Assembly: GCA_964644035.1 (NCBI GenBank)
Contig: CAZXUH010000001.1
Coordinates: 3,712-67,711 of the forward strand
Origin: an uncultured Candidatus Saccharibacteria bacterium
GTDB lineage: Bacteria; Patescibacteriota; Minisyncoccia; Phycocordibacterales; DAORIS01
Reading direction: 5' to 3'
Length of the DNA: 64,000 bases
Shown: in pieces, positions 39,340 through 49,491 of the stretch
Numbering within the stretch: position 1 is the first letter of the stretch
Layout of the letters: each line of letters starts with the position of its first letter
The notes under the pieces: model-generated
What the model was told of the DNA's origin: nothing
The model's input: the letters and a program-made list of their open reading frames with translations, nothing else
Databases searched by the model: none
Translations under genes and position numbers: made by a program

Positions 39340-40314
39340 ATGGCATTTGTAGACGAACTTACGATACACATGAAGGCCGGCCGCGGAGGCAACGGCGTCG
39401 TGCGGTGGAGACACGAAAAAGGTAAAGAATTTTCGGGTGCATCGGGCGGCAACGGCGGCCGGGGTGGCGATGTCCTTATTCGTGCTGTTAGGGACGTCGG
39501 CATTTTGGCGCGATATAGAAATACAAAAGAATTTGAAGCTGGTCGCGGAGCCGACGGCATGCGTGACAGCAAACACGGCAAAGACGGCAATGATATTGTC
39601 ATCGATCTTCCCCTCGGAGCGGTCGTCACCAATCTTTCCAATGACAGAATCATCTCACTCGAAAAAGATGGTCAGGAGGTCAAATTGCTCGAAGGAGGAC
39701 GAGGAGGACTGGGCAATGAACATTTCAAAGCTTCAACCAACACTTCTCCAAAAGAATGGACACCAGGCAAAGACGGCGAAGATGCAACTTTTTCAATAGA
39801 ACTTCAGCTTTTTGCTGATGCGGGTCTTATTGGTTTTCCAAACGCCGGCAAATCAAGTCTTCTCAACGCTCTTTCGAACGCTCGGGCAAAAGTGGCCAGT
39901 TATCAATTCACAACGCTCGAACCAAACCTTGGCGATATGGAAGGATTTATCTTGGCTGACATTCCTGGTCTTATCGAAGGTGCAGCCGAAGGTAGAGGTC
40001 TTGGTCATAAGTTTCTTCGTCATATAAAAAGAACCAAAGCACTTTTGCACTGCATTTCTCTTGAAAATGAAAATATTACTCAGGCTTATAAAACCATTAG
40101 AGCCGAACTCAAGCTGCACAGCAAAGAACTTGTCGACAAACCAGAAATTATTATTTTGACCAAGACCGATACTATCGATGAAAAGACATTGGCAAAGAAA
40201 ATAAAAGAAGCAAACAAACTTGCTGAGAAAGTTCTTTTTGTGACGATGCTCGATGATGACTCAATGAAGAAACTCAAGGACAACCTCGTAAAGATTTTGA
40301 GAAAATATGAATGA
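39340..40314 (+). CDS. obgE: GTPase ObgE (no C-terminal OCT extension)
   Basis: Gly-rich Obg domain, GFPNAGKSS, YQFTT, DIPGLIEGA, TKTD. Confidence 0.95.
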   Translation: MAFVDELTIHMKAGRGGNGVVRWRHEKGKEFSGASGGNGGRGGDVLIRAVRDVGILARYRNTKEFEAGRGADGMRDSKHGKDGNDIVIDLPLGAVVTNLSNDRIISLEKDGQEVKLLEGGRGGLGNEHFKASTNTSPKEWTPGKDGEDATFSIELQLFADAGLIGFPNAGKSSLLNALSNARAKVASYQFTTLEPNLGDMEGFILADIPGLIEGAAEGRGLGHKFLRHIKRTKALLHCISLENENITQAYKTIRAELKLHSKELVDKPEIIILTKTDTIDEKTLAKKIKEANKLAEKVLFVTMLDDDSMKKLKDNLVKILRKYE

Positions 40315-41719
40315 GTATCACCTGACAGTTGGACTTGAAATACATGCCGAGCTCAAGACGAAGACAAAAATGTTCTGCGCATGTAAGAACGATCCTGAAG
40401 AAAAACGCCCCAACCACAACGTCTGTCCGATTTGCATGGGTCATCCTGGCACATTGCCAACGATCAATAAACAGGCGGTGAAGAATGTGCTCAAAGTCGG
40501 TGCAGCAGTCGGAGCGAAACTTGCCGACTATACAGAATTTGATCGAAAGAATTATTTTTATCCAGACATTCCAAAAGGTTATCAGCTTAGCCAGTATGCA
40601 TTTCCTCTTGTTTCAGGCGGGGAGATTGCTGGTGTGAAGCTTACCCGCATACACTTGGAAGAAGACACTGCGCGATCGATACATACCAATGAAACATACA
40701 GTCTTGTCGATTTCAATCGCTCCAGTGTGCCTCTCATGGAGCTTGTGACCGAACCGGTGATTACTAGTGCTGATCAGGCTGGTATATTTGCTCGCGAACT
40801 ACAATTGCTTCTCCAGTATCTCGATGTAGCCGAAGCAAACATGGAAAAAGGAGAAATGCGCGTCGAAGCAAACATTTCTGTTTCCAAAGATCCAAAGAAA
40901 TTTGGCACCAAGGTAGAAGTCAAAAATCTCAACTCTTTCAAGGCAGTTGAAAAAGCAATTGCCTATGAAATGAAGCGGCATATTGCCTTACTTGATAAAG
41001 GAGAAAAGATTTCTCAAGAAACTCGTGGTTGGGATGAAAACAAAGAAACAACCTTTAGTCAGCGCAAAAAAGAAGATTCTCACGACTACCGATATTTTCC
41101 TGATCCTGATCTTCCTAAACTTCAAATTTCTGCAATACCAGAATTTTCTCTTGATACACTTACAAAAGAAATACCAGAACTTCCAGCTGGAAAAAGAGCT
41201 CGCTATGAAAAAGAATTTGGTCTTAAACAGAGCGACATAGAATTTTTCGTAAATAACAAACAGTGGGCAGACTTTTTTGAAGCGGTTATAGCTGATAGCA
41301 AAGAAGCAGATTTGATAAAAAATACTGCCAACTATATTGTTTCTGATCTGATAGGTCATATTAAAAATTTGGGTACTGAGCACAAAGTTACGACCGACTC
41401 ATTTAGAGAACTAATGCTCATGCTTCAGAAAGGAGATATTTCTTCGCGTGGCACCAAGGATATTCTCAAAATCATGTTTGAAAATGGCGGCAATCCAAAA
41501 GAAATCGCAGATAAGCATGGTCTTATCCAAAAGAGCAATGAAGATGAGCTCAAGAAGATGCTCGAGGCTATTATTGCCGAAAATCCTGGCCCAGTGGCCG
41601 AATATAAGGCTGGAAAACAGGCTGCACTTCAGTTTTTCATTGGTCAGGCTATGAAAATCAGCAAAGGTTCAGCCAATCCTCAAATTCTCAAAAAGCTCCT
41701 CGAAAGCCTACTTTCATAG
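40307..41719 (+). CDS. gatB: Asp/Glu-tRNA amidotransferase subunit B
   Basis: GLEIHAEL, RKNYFYPD, HLEED, VEVKNLNS, YRYFPDPDLP. Confidence 0.97.
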   Translation: MNEYHLTVGLEIHAELKTKTKMFCACKNDPEEKRPNHNVCPICMGHPGTLPTINKQAVKNVLKVGAAVGAKLADYTEFDRKNYFYPDIPKGYQLSQYAFPLVSGGEIAGVKLTRIHLEEDTARSIHTNETYSLVDFNRSSVPLMELVTEPVITSADQAGIFARELQLLLQYLDVAEANMEKGEMRVEANISVSKDPKKFGTKVEVKNLNSFKAVEKAIAYEMKRHIALLDKGEKISQETRGWDENKETTFSQRKKEDSHDYRYFPDPDLPKLQISAIPEFSLDTLTKEIPELPAGKRARYEKEFGLKQSDIEFFVNNKQWADFFEAVIADSKEADLIKNTANYIVSDLIGHIKNLGTEHKVTTDSFRELMLMLQKGDISSRGTKDILKIMFENGGNPKEIADKHGLIQKSNEDELKKMLEAIIAENPGPVAEYKAGKQAALQFFIGQAMKISKGSANPQILKKLLESLLS

Positions 41720-41729
41720 TATTTTCTTC

Positions 41730-41738
41730 TTATCCACA
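41730..41738 (+). promoter_or_regulatory. Perfect DnaA box TTATCCACA
   Basis: Exact consensus match, intergenic. Confidence 0.5.
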
Positions 41739-41790
41739 CAGTGCGTGAAAAAGCTTTATTTTGTAAGGCTTTTCTTGTTAAAATGGAGAG

Positions 41791-44139
41791 GTGATCGGCC
41801 GATATTTAAAAAAAATTATTTCGGGCTTGCTTCTCTTTGCATGTATTGTTACTTTTGCATCTCCAAAAGTTGTCTCAGCCTCATTTTTTGAAGATGTATT
41901 ACTATCCGGTTATCTTGCGGCAGATATTTCTTCAGCCTTTGATTCGGCATCATTAAGCCTGTATTGCATTTTTAATAAGTTAGAACCTATTTGTTCAGGC
42001 AGCAATTACACTTCACCAAAAGTGATACAAAAAGCAACGACAACAGTTGTCGTGCCCGCGACAAGGACTCAAAGAATAGCTACTTCGAGCCAGCCTTCTA
42101 TTCCAAGTCAAACTCCCACTTCGTCTCCCAGACCAATTATTTATCAAGGTAGTCCCCAAGTTATTGAAAGAGTTATCGTTAGAGAGCCAACCACGACTTA
42201 TGTTCAGGGAGGATTAACCACAGCTCAAGTTATTGATCTCATTAGAATGTATGCGCCATCTTCCGGTGGCAGTGTCGGCTCAATTGGTTCTATTGGTACG
42301 ATACAGGGTCCAAACTACGATGGTGCTATAGCATCGCTTTCGAGTTCAATATCTTCCACGAATGATACAGTAGCAATCCTTCAGGCCAGTTCGTCTCAGT
42401 GGGTTACAAGCGGATCTGATATTTACTATAGTGCAGGCAGGGTTGGTATTGGGACGACTACTCCTTGGACCAATCTGACGGTTAATGGTGATACATCGAG
42501 TAGAAGATATTATCTTGACGGACAACTCTTTGCAGTAGCCACGACTACCAACAACTTTTATTTGGCAGGAGCATTGCCAGCGAGTGCGCCTGTGACTGGT
42601 TCAAATAACTTTTTTGCGGGTAATCAAGCGGGAAATTCGAATACAAGCGGCAATGATAATATCTTTATGGGCAATCAAGCCGGCTTCGCTAATGTCGGGG
42701 GTCTAAGCAACATTTTTCTTGGATCAAATGCAGGCATAAACAATGTTTCAGGTTCAAGCAACATTTTCCTAGGTACTTCGGCCGGCAGCAGCAACACCGG
42801 CAGCAACAACATTTTCCTAGGCAGCTCGGCAGGTTCTACAAATAATGGCGGTCTTCTCAACGTTTACATCGGTAGTTCTGCCGGAGCTCAAAATAATGCT
42901 GGCTTTTCTAACGTTGCTATCGGTTATCAGTCTGGACAAGGCAGCGGTACGGGCAATTCTGCCAATACGCTGGTAGGATATCAATCCGGTATAGCACTTA
43001 CGTCTGGTTCAAATAACGTTTTATTGGGTCACAGAGTCGGTACCACGACTACAACTGGTGCCAATAACATCCTTATCGGTTCCGTATTGGCCCGTTCAGC
43101 ATCAGATTCTAATTATCTTAATATCGGTAATGCAATCTACGGCAATCTAAGTACAGGAAATATCGGTATTGGTACCACGACGCCTATCACAGCACTTCAT
43201 GTTGCGTCGAGTTCGTCTGGTAAAGAAGTGGTTTTCTTTGCCAATACCAATACAGGCAGCGGTGATGAAGTGCTGCATCTGGGTGTTGGAGGAGCTACAG
43301 CAGGCACCAGCAACCTTTTCATAGCCTTTTTTCAAGGAAGCACGGTTGGCAATAAAGGCACTCGTATAGGCTATATTCAGGGCTCTGGTAGCAACTCTGT
43401 GACCTATAACACCACATCTGACCTTCGTCTCAAGGAGAACGTCGTCGATACACAATACGGTCTTCAAGATCTTCTGAAGATTCATGTCAAAGATTATAAT
43501 TTTATAAATAGTCCAGGACACACAGTGCAAGGTTTCATAGCCCAGGATCTCGAAAAGGTATATCCATACGCTGTTGCGAGAGGAAAAGACGATGGTGTCA
43601 GTCCTTTGGAGCCGAATGCTGTCCCTTGGGGAGTGGATTACGGACGTATTACGCCGCTTCTTGTAAAATCCATTCAAGATCTTAATCTTAAACTTGAAAA
43701 TTTGATCGCATCTCCAGCTTCAGTAAGTGGCAATGGCTTACTTGATAATCTCATTTCATCGATCATAGGCAAATTTACAAAAGTAGAAACAGATACGATA
43801 GAAATCAAAACTGGTTTAGAAATAAAAGACGAAGTTACCGGAAAAGTATATTGTGTAAAAATCAGCAATGGTGAATGGAAGAAAATAGAAGGGGTATGTA
43901 GCAATGTAAACGGTGCAAGCAACATACCAAGCAATGCACAAAACTCGTCGGCTGAGAATACTCAAACACCAACTGGTACTACAACACAAGAAGTAGTTAC
44001 GCCTACATCTACAAGCACCCCTGTAGTGCCTGAAGAATCAAATGCTACGTCTATTCAATCTCCTACAAATGAAGGATCCGTAGATCAACCAGTTGCTCCA
44101 GTAGTAGAAAGTCCTGCAGAAAACCAGCCTACACCTTAG
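41791..44139 (+). CDS. Secreted tail-fibre/adhesin-like protein with peptidase S74 intramolecular chaperone domain
   Basis: Signal-peptide-like N-terminus, G.VGIGTTTP motifs, tandem NxFxGxxAG repeats, TSDLRLKENV, GFIAQD, VDYGRITPLLVKSIQDL. Confidence 0.8.
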   Translation: MIGRYLKKIISGLLLFACIVTFASPKVVSASFFEDVLLSGYLAADISSAFDSASLSLYCIFNKLEPICSGSNYTSPKVIQKATTTVVVPATRTQRIATSSQPSIPSQTPTSSPRPIIYQGSPQVIERVIVREPTTTYVQGGLTTAQVIDLIRMYAPSSGGSVGSIGSIGTIQGPNYDGAIASLSSSISSTNDTVAILQASSSQWVTSGSDIYYSAGRVGIGTTTPWTNLTVNGDTSSRRYYLDGQLFAVATTTNNFYLAGALPASAPVTGSNNFFAGNQAGNSNTSGNDNIFMGNQAGFANVGGLSNIFLGSNAGINNVSGSSNIFLGTSAGSSNTGSNNIFLGSSAGSTNNGGLLNVYIGSSAGAQNNAGFSNVAIGYQSGQGSGTGNSANTLVGYQSGIALTSGSNNVLLGHRVGTTTTTGANNILIGSVLARSASDSNYLNIGNAIYGNLSTGNIGIGTTTPITALHVASSSSGKEVVFFANTNTGSGDEVLHLGVGGATAGTSNLFIAFFQGSTVGNKGTRIGYIQGSGSNSVTYNTTSDLRLKENVVDTQYGLQDLLKIHVKDYNFINSPGHTVQGFIAQDLEKVYPYAVARGKDDGVSPLEPNAVPWGVDYGRITPLLVKSIQDLNLKLENLIASPASVSGNGLLDNLISSIIGKFTKVETDTIEIKTGLEIKDEVTGKVYCVKISNGEWKKIEGVCSNVNGASNIPSNAQNSSAENTQTPTGTTTQEVVTPTSTSTPVVPEESNATSIQSPTNEGSVDQPVAPVVESPAENQPTP

Positions 44140-44187
44140 TCTCAAATATTCGATTCATTTATAAACTCTGCCCAATAAAGTTTAATT

Positions 44188-44215
44188 AAAAACCCCGCCA
44201 TGTGGCGGGGTTTTT
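44188..44215. terminator. Bidirectional terminator
   Basis: AAAAACCCCGCCA-TG-TGGCGGGGTTTTT between convergent genes. Confidence 0.85.
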
Positions 44216-44222
44216 GTATCAA

Positions 44223-44912
44223 TTAGTTGCTTGTCTTAATAGTCGTCGTAGCAGTTGAGCTTGCTAGTTCGGCAATACCTGGAACGAGCTTCACGATATC
44301 TTCAATTGGCTGGAAGCCATAGAGCACTTTGTCATTGGGCAAAACGATAGCAGGGAATTGGCGTTCGACTTTGTTGAGGCGTACAAGTGTATCGACAGCA
44401 GAAAGATTTAGATCATAATCAAATGCATATACGCGCAGTCTAGGATACTGTTCGCGAAGATATGAGAGGACATATGCTTGCTTAGAGCAATCAGGGCAGT
44501 CTTCTTTATTTGAATAAAAGTAAATAACAGAAATAGGCTTGATATTGCAACGCTCTTCAAGCTGCTGCATGAGCAAGTAGTCTTTGATCTGAAGAAGAGA
44601 ATAATATCTCTTGAGACCAAGCACTTCCTCGTTCTCAGCACCGAGCTGCTTTTCTGTGAAATCGAGCTTGCTTGCGAGTTCATTGATTTCTTTTGAAAGA
44701 ATAGTGTCTGAGAGCTGTCGGCATGATGAGTCGCGCAAAAGAGCAAATTGCGTATCAGAAGAAAGAATATCGATAGAGATCTTATCCTCAATAGCTCGAA
44801 TATCCTCGAGACGTTTTGTATTGAGTCTGTCGCTCAAAAGAAACGCTCCACCAAATACCACTGAAGTGATAACAAAGGCGACGACGTACTTTATGATGTC
44901 ATTTTTTCGCAT
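44223..44912 (-). CDS. Membrane-anchored protein with thioredoxin-like CxxC domain
   Basis: N-terminal TM, coiled segment, YFYS...CPDC, FPAIV. Confidence 0.65.
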   Translation of the reverse strand: MRKNDIIKYVVAFVITSVVFGGAFLLSDRLNTKRLEDIRAIEDKISIDILSSDTQFALLRDSSCRQLSDTILSKEINELASKLDFTEKQLGAENEEVLGLKRYYSLLQIKDYLLMQQLEERCNIKPISVIYFYSNKEDCPDCSKQAYVLSYLREQYPRLRVYAFDYDLNLSAVDTLVRLNKVERQFPAIVLPNDKVLYGFQPIEDIVKLVPGIAELASSTATTTIKTSN

Positions 44913-44923
44913 ATGTATTGAGG

Positions 44924-46165
44924 TTATCTCCAGCTTGTGCCTTTGGCAAGAGCAACGTTAAATACCGATCGCAATATCCATGTCATAGCAAAGAGTGGAT
45001 AGAGCAAGAGGTATAGAATAAAATCTCGTATTCTGAAATGATTTCTGAGCAAAAACTGAGAAGCAATAAGCATACCGATAGCTATGATGGCTGAAACAAA
45101 AGCCATAATACTTAGTGTGGTGATCGGAGCAAAGAAAAAGTCATAATGGAAACTTGGCAATTTGAAATTGAAACCAACCACTCTCCATTTTTCTATATAT
45201 TCTGTAGCTTTATTTCCAAAATTGAGGGCAAAAAAGACAACCGTAGCCACAAGTCCAAGAAGAGAGGCAATAGAGAAAGGAAGAGTGAGGAAACCGACAT
45301 TGCCTTTCTTTCTATTGAAGAAAAGATGTTTGTAATCAAAGGCATTGCGCATGAAGCCGTAGGTCCATCGTAGTCTCTGGCGGTGAAGTTTTCTAAATGT
45401 ATCAGGTCCGACGGTATACACGAATGCATCGTGACAGTTGTCGATCTTTTTATCATTGTCATGCATGCGCAAAGCGATTTCCATGTCTTCGGTATTGTGA
45501 GCGTGCTTGAAAAGACCGATCTCTTTGAAGACTTCCTTTCTAAAAATAGAAAATGGTCCAGGCGTGACGTGTATTGCCTCAAGTAGACCGAATAGTTTCT
45601 TGATAAGTATGCCGTAAATGTACTCTACATACTGAATACCGCGCAAAATATTGTCTGGCTTCCAGATTTTGACGGCTGGAGCGACGGCCATAGTCTTCGG
45701 ATCATCCTGAAACTTCTTGACGATCTTTCTGAGGGCGTCATTGGAGACGAAAGAGTCAGCATCGAGACAACCGACGAGATCGGTCGTAGCACGTTCGATA
45801 CCGTAGTTGAGAGCAGTGTACTTTCCACCATTTGTTTTCTTGTATGCTGAGACTTGAGGATGACCAGTAAACTTTTCTACATACTGCCATGTATCATCGG
45901 TCGAACCGTCGTCGACAATACTTACAAATAGTTTGTGTTTAGGATAATCAAGTGCCAAAAGTGATTCGACAGTCTTGATAATCGTGCCTTGTTCATTGAA
46001 GCAGGGTACGACGATCGTAACACTTGGGAGTTTCGGGTCGTCGGTATTGGCTAGAGGGCTCGGAGCAGTGATCTCCTTGTGGCGCTCAAAAAGCGTGAGA
46101 AGCATGAAGACTTCGAAGTAGACAGCAATAAACAGGAAAAAAGAGATTGAGGCCCCTTGAAACAT
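44924..46165 (-). CDS. Processive membrane GT2 (PgaC/IcaA/cellulose-synthase-like)
   Basis: VPCFNE, DDGSTD, GGK..ALN, DADS, TEDME, QRLRW, flanking TM segments. Confidence 0.88.
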   Translation of the reverse strand: MFQGASISFFLFIAVYFEVFMLLTLFERHKEITAPSPLANTDDPKLPSVTIVVPCFNEQGTIIKTVESLLALDYPKHKLFVSIVDDGSTDDTWQYVEKFTGHPQVSAYKKTNGGKYTALNYGIERATTDLVGCLDADSFVSNDALRKIVKKFQDDPKTMAVAPAVKIWKPDNILRGIQYVEYIYGILIKKLFGLLEAIHVTPGPFSIFRKEVFKEIGLFKHAHNTEDMEIALRMHDNDKKIDNCHDAFVYTVGPDTFRKLHRQRLRWTYGFMRNAFDYKHLFFNRKKGNVGFLTLPFSIASLLGLVATVVFFALNFGNKATEYIEKWRVVGFNFKLPSFHYDFFFAPITTLSIMAFVSAIIAIGMLIASQFLLRNHFRIRDFILYLLLYPLFAMTWILRSVFNVALAKGTSWR

Positions 46166-46217
46166 AGTTAATGAATCCCTAGATTATACACCAAAAGTCG
46201 CTTATAATCAATGAATC

Positions 46218-46922
46218 ATGGAAAAAGGCCACATACACCCAGTTACGGCGGTAATACGAGAAATAAGCCTTATTTTCGACAAAATCGGCTTCCAAGTAGC
46301 CCAAGGCCCCGAGCTAGAGACCGAATTTCACAATTTCGATGCTTTGAACGTCCCAGCCGATCATCCAGCTCGAGATATGCAAGATACGTTTTGGATAAAG
46401 ACCAAACCAGGTGAAGAAAAGAAAGTATTGAGAACACATACTACTTCTGTTCAAGTCAGATGCCTCGAAGCGATGAAAGACAATCCTCATCCGCTCAAAG
46501 TGATCGTGCCAGGCAAGGTCTATCGCAATGAAGCAACAGATGCTACGCACGAAGCACAGTTCCATCAGATCGATGGTGTGTATATAAACAAAACTGTTTC
46601 AATGACTGAGCTCAAGGGTACGCTTGAATTTTTCTTCAAAGAGTTTTTGGGACCTGATGTAAAGATGCGTTTCCGTCCGAGCTATTTCGGTTTCGTCGAA
46701 CCAGGGGTGGAAGTCGATGTGTGGTGGAAAGATCGCTGGCTTGAAATGTTTGGTGCCGGCATCATTCATCCGCACGTTATACAGTCGGCTGGTCTTGACC
46801 CAAAAGTCTGGAAAGGTTTTGCTTTTGGCGGCGGCGTCGACAGACTGGTAATGCTTCGCTACGGTATCGATGACGTACGGCATTTGTATTCAGGTGATTT
46901 GAGGCTAATCAATCAATTCTAA
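46218..46922 (+). CDS. pheS: Phenylalanine--tRNA ligase alpha subunit, short form
   Basis: GHIHP, NFDALN.P.DHPARDMQDTF, LRTHTT, FHQ, RFRPSYF.FVEPG, GFAFG.G.DRL. Confidence 0.95.
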   Translation: MEKGHIHPVTAVIREISLIFDKIGFQVAQGPELETEFHNFDALNVPADHPARDMQDTFWIKTKPGEEKKVLRTHTTSVQVRCLEAMKDNPHPLKVIVPGKVYRNEATDATHEAQFHQIDGVYINKTVSMTELKGTLEFFFKEFLGPDVKMRFRPSYFGFVEPGVEVDVWWKDRWLEMFGAGIIHPHVIQSAGLDPKVWKGFAFGGGVDRLVMLRYGIDDVRHLYSGDLRLINQF

Positions 46923-48835
46923 TGAAAATTTCTCACGACTGGCTTCAGTCTTACTTCAAAGAAAAAATTCCTAGTGCAGACAAACTGTCTGAGCTCTTCA
47001 ACATGCATGCATTTGAAGTCGAAGGAGTGGAAAAGCAATCTGGTGATACTGTTTTGGATATAAAAGTCTTGCCTGATCGTGCTCATTATGCACTTTCACA
47101 CCGAGGTATTGCTCAAGAGGTGCAGGTCATCACTGGGCTTAAAATGTCTGCTATTCATCCTTCTGCAGTACATGTCGAAAAGACTGTCGTATCGCCTGAC
47201 GTGAAAATATATGAGAAAAAACTCTGCAATAGATATGTGGCATGCCGTATCAATGATGTTGTTGTCGAAGATTCTCCAGATTTCTTAAAAGAGAAGATAG
47301 AGGTCTTGGGTCAGCGTTCGATCAATACTATTGTCGATGCAACCAATTTTGTCATGTTTGATATCGGTCAGCCTTTGCATGCTTTTGACGCTGCTAAAGT
47401 AAAAGGGGATATTTCAGTCAGACTAGCCAAAGCAGGAGAGAAAATAATCATTCTCGATGGACGTGAAATGTCGCTTGTAGCGACCGATCTTATTATTGCC
47501 GACGATGTTGGTCCTCTAGCTATTGCTGGAGTAAAGGGAGGCAAGAGGGCAGAGGTCACTTCTGAAACCAAGGATATTATTTTGGAATCTGCCAATTTCA
47601 ATGCTACTGCAATCCGCAAAACTGCTACCAGACTTGCTCTTCGCAATGAATCATCGAAGCGTTTTGAAAATGAAATTACTCCCGATTTGTGCCTTGAAGC
47701 TATGCGCCGTGTCGCTGATCTTATTGTTAAATTATCAAAAGATGCTCGTGTAGGTACTCTAGTAGATGTATATCCGCAGCAGGCTGTTTCATGGAGCGTT
47801 TCGGTGACCCCAGAATATGTTTCATCGGTTATTGGTATCGATGTACCTAAAAAGGAAATTCAGGCTATTCTCGAGCGCATGCACTGTCATGTAACAGAAG
47901 ATGCTGGTCAGCTCGTCATTACTCCACCACTCAATCGTCTCGATCTCAAAATTCCAGAAGACATAGCCGATGAAATTGGGCGCATCTATGGATATGAAAA
48001 ACTGCCTTCAGTATTACCTCCAAATATCAAAGATAATATTACGATAGATAAGACATTTTATTATGCTGAAAAAGTAAAAAGTCTTTTGGTTGAAAAAGGC
48101 TTTTCAGAAACACTTCTCTATACACTCGTACCAAAAGGTACTTTTGAAATCGCATATCCTCTTGCAAGTGACAAGGCTGCACTTCGAGAAAGGATTGTTC
48201 CCAAGCTTCAGGAAGCGCTTATTATGAATTCTCGCAATGCTGATCTTCTCGAACTCGAGGCAGTCAAAATATTCGAAATAGGCAAAGTCTTTCCATCTTC
48301 GGGTGAGAAGCTCGCTCTCTCTATCGGTGTATCGGTAATAAGAAAAAAGAAAGGCTTCACTGCCGAGTCTGTACTCAAGGAAGCAATTGCTCATATAGAA
48401 AAAGAATTGCAGATCACGATTGCTCAGAAAGTAGAAGTAGGAGAGTTCGGTGCTTGTATAGAAATAGACTTTGGTGAGCTTGTCTCTGGCTTGCCTGAAG
48501 CTCATCCAATAACTGAATTGCATTTTGCTATTCTTCCTAAAGACAAAAAGTACGAACTCTTTTCACCATACCCATTTGCTTCACGTGACGTGGCAGTTTT
48601 TGTGCCTAAAGGTCACGAAGAAGCAGAAGTTTCAAAGGTTATAGAAAAGCATGCCGGAAAATATTTGCTCAAGATGAAACTCTTCGATGTCTTTCATAAA
48701 GAAGAAAGCACTTCATATGCATTTAGACTTATTTTCCAATCACCGAAAAAGACTCTCGAAGAAGGGGAGATCAATGGCGCAATGGAAGATATTACCAATG
48801 CTCTCAATGGTAAGAAGGGTTGGAGTGTGAGGTAA
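46922..48835 (+). CDS. pheT: Phenylalanine--tRNA ligase beta subunit, short form
   Basis: MKISHDWL, GQPLHAFD, LESANF, RLDL..PED..DEIGRIYGY, RDVAV, KTL. Confidence 0.93.
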   Translation: MKISHDWLQSYFKEKIPSADKLSELFNMHAFEVEGVEKQSGDTVLDIKVLPDRAHYALSHRGIAQEVQVITGLKMSAIHPSAVHVEKTVVSPDVKIYEKKLCNRYVACRINDVVVEDSPDFLKEKIEVLGQRSINTIVDATNFVMFDIGQPLHAFDAAKVKGDISVRLAKAGEKIIILDGREMSLVATDLIIADDVGPLAIAGVKGGKRAEVTSETKDIILESANFNATAIRKTATRLALRNESSKRFENEITPDLCLEAMRRVADLIVKLSKDARVGTLVDVYPQQAVSWSVSVTPEYVSSVIGIDVPKKEIQAILERMHCHVTEDAGQLVITPPLNRLDLKIPEDIADEIGRIYGYEKLPSVLPPNIKDNITIDKTFYYAEKVKSLLVEKGFSETLLYTLVPKGTFEIAYPLASDKAALRERIVPKLQEALIMNSRNADLLELEAVKIFEIGKVFPSSGEKLALSIGVSVIRKKKGFTAESVLKEAIAHIEKELQITIAQKVEVGEFGACIEIDFGELVSGLPEAHPITELHFAILPKDKKYELFSPYPFASRDVAVFVPKGHEEAEVSKVIEKHAGKYLLKMKLFDVFHKEESTSYAFRLIFQSPKKTLEEGEINGAMEDITNALNGKKGWSVR

Positions 48836-48858
48836 AAATAATAGTATAATTAAAATAT

Positions 48859-49476
48859 ATGAGCATAGCGGATTTTTCAGAGGCATATGAGGGACATAGA
48901 AATCGCATTGAGGCTGATGAGTATGAATCAACAACTTCAAAAGATCTTGAGGCTTATAATGCAATGCGTGAAGGTATTGATACTGCCAACTATGTTGCCG
49001 AAGAAAGGCTAAAAGTAGAATTTCCTAAGGCTTTTGAATACTATAAGAAATATGAAAGTGAAAACGACGAAGAAGCATTTGATGATCTTCTTTCATTTAA
49101 AAAGAAGAATAAAGATTCAGTTCAGCTTATAGACAATCTTTTTCTCAAAGAGTATTTCAGAGACTTGAACGATAAAATTAGAATTTATATTGACTCAATA
49201 CATCAGGCAGAAATTTACGGAAAAAAGCATGGAGGGGAGATCGATGAGGATGTGAAGGCTAACTTATCGGAGTTGGAAACGAGGAGAAGTCAAGCACATG
49301 ATGCGCTTATAGGGCAGCTTAAAATTCTAGCTAGGAATATGAATAAGGCAGGTATTGACAATTCATGGGAAAGTGTGGTAGGATTAGCTAATGGACAGGC
49401 GTATCGGAAGGAGATTCAGCGATGGGCTGAAAACGTATCCGATCACCTAGTCAGCGTCTCAGAAAGTACTACTTAA
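48859..49476 (+). CDS. Hypothetical helical protein (weak DUF3232-like resemblance)
   Basis: RRSQAHDALIGQLKILARN; TATAAT 8 nt upstream. Confidence 0.6.
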   Translation: MSIADFSEAYEGHRNRIEADEYESTTSKDLEAYNAMREGIDTANYVAEERLKVEFPKAFEYYKKYESENDEEAFDDLLSFKKKNKDSVQLIDNLFLKEYFRDLNDKIRIYIDSIHQAEIYGKKHGGEIDEDVKANLSELETRRSQAHDALIGQLKILARNMNKAGIDNSWESVVGLANGQAYRKEIQRWAENVSDHLVSVSESTT

Positions 49477-49491
49477 AGGAGGTGGTGCCGA

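Noticed and set aside
42600-43080. Short nucleotide repeats (AACATTTTCCTAGG) as a CRISPR array or DGR
   Set aside because: In-frame coding repeats; no spacer structure, cas genes or reverse transcriptase
41791-44139. Possible prophage remnant
   Set aside because: No integrase, terminase or capsid genes; the protein has a signal peptide and chromosomal neighbours
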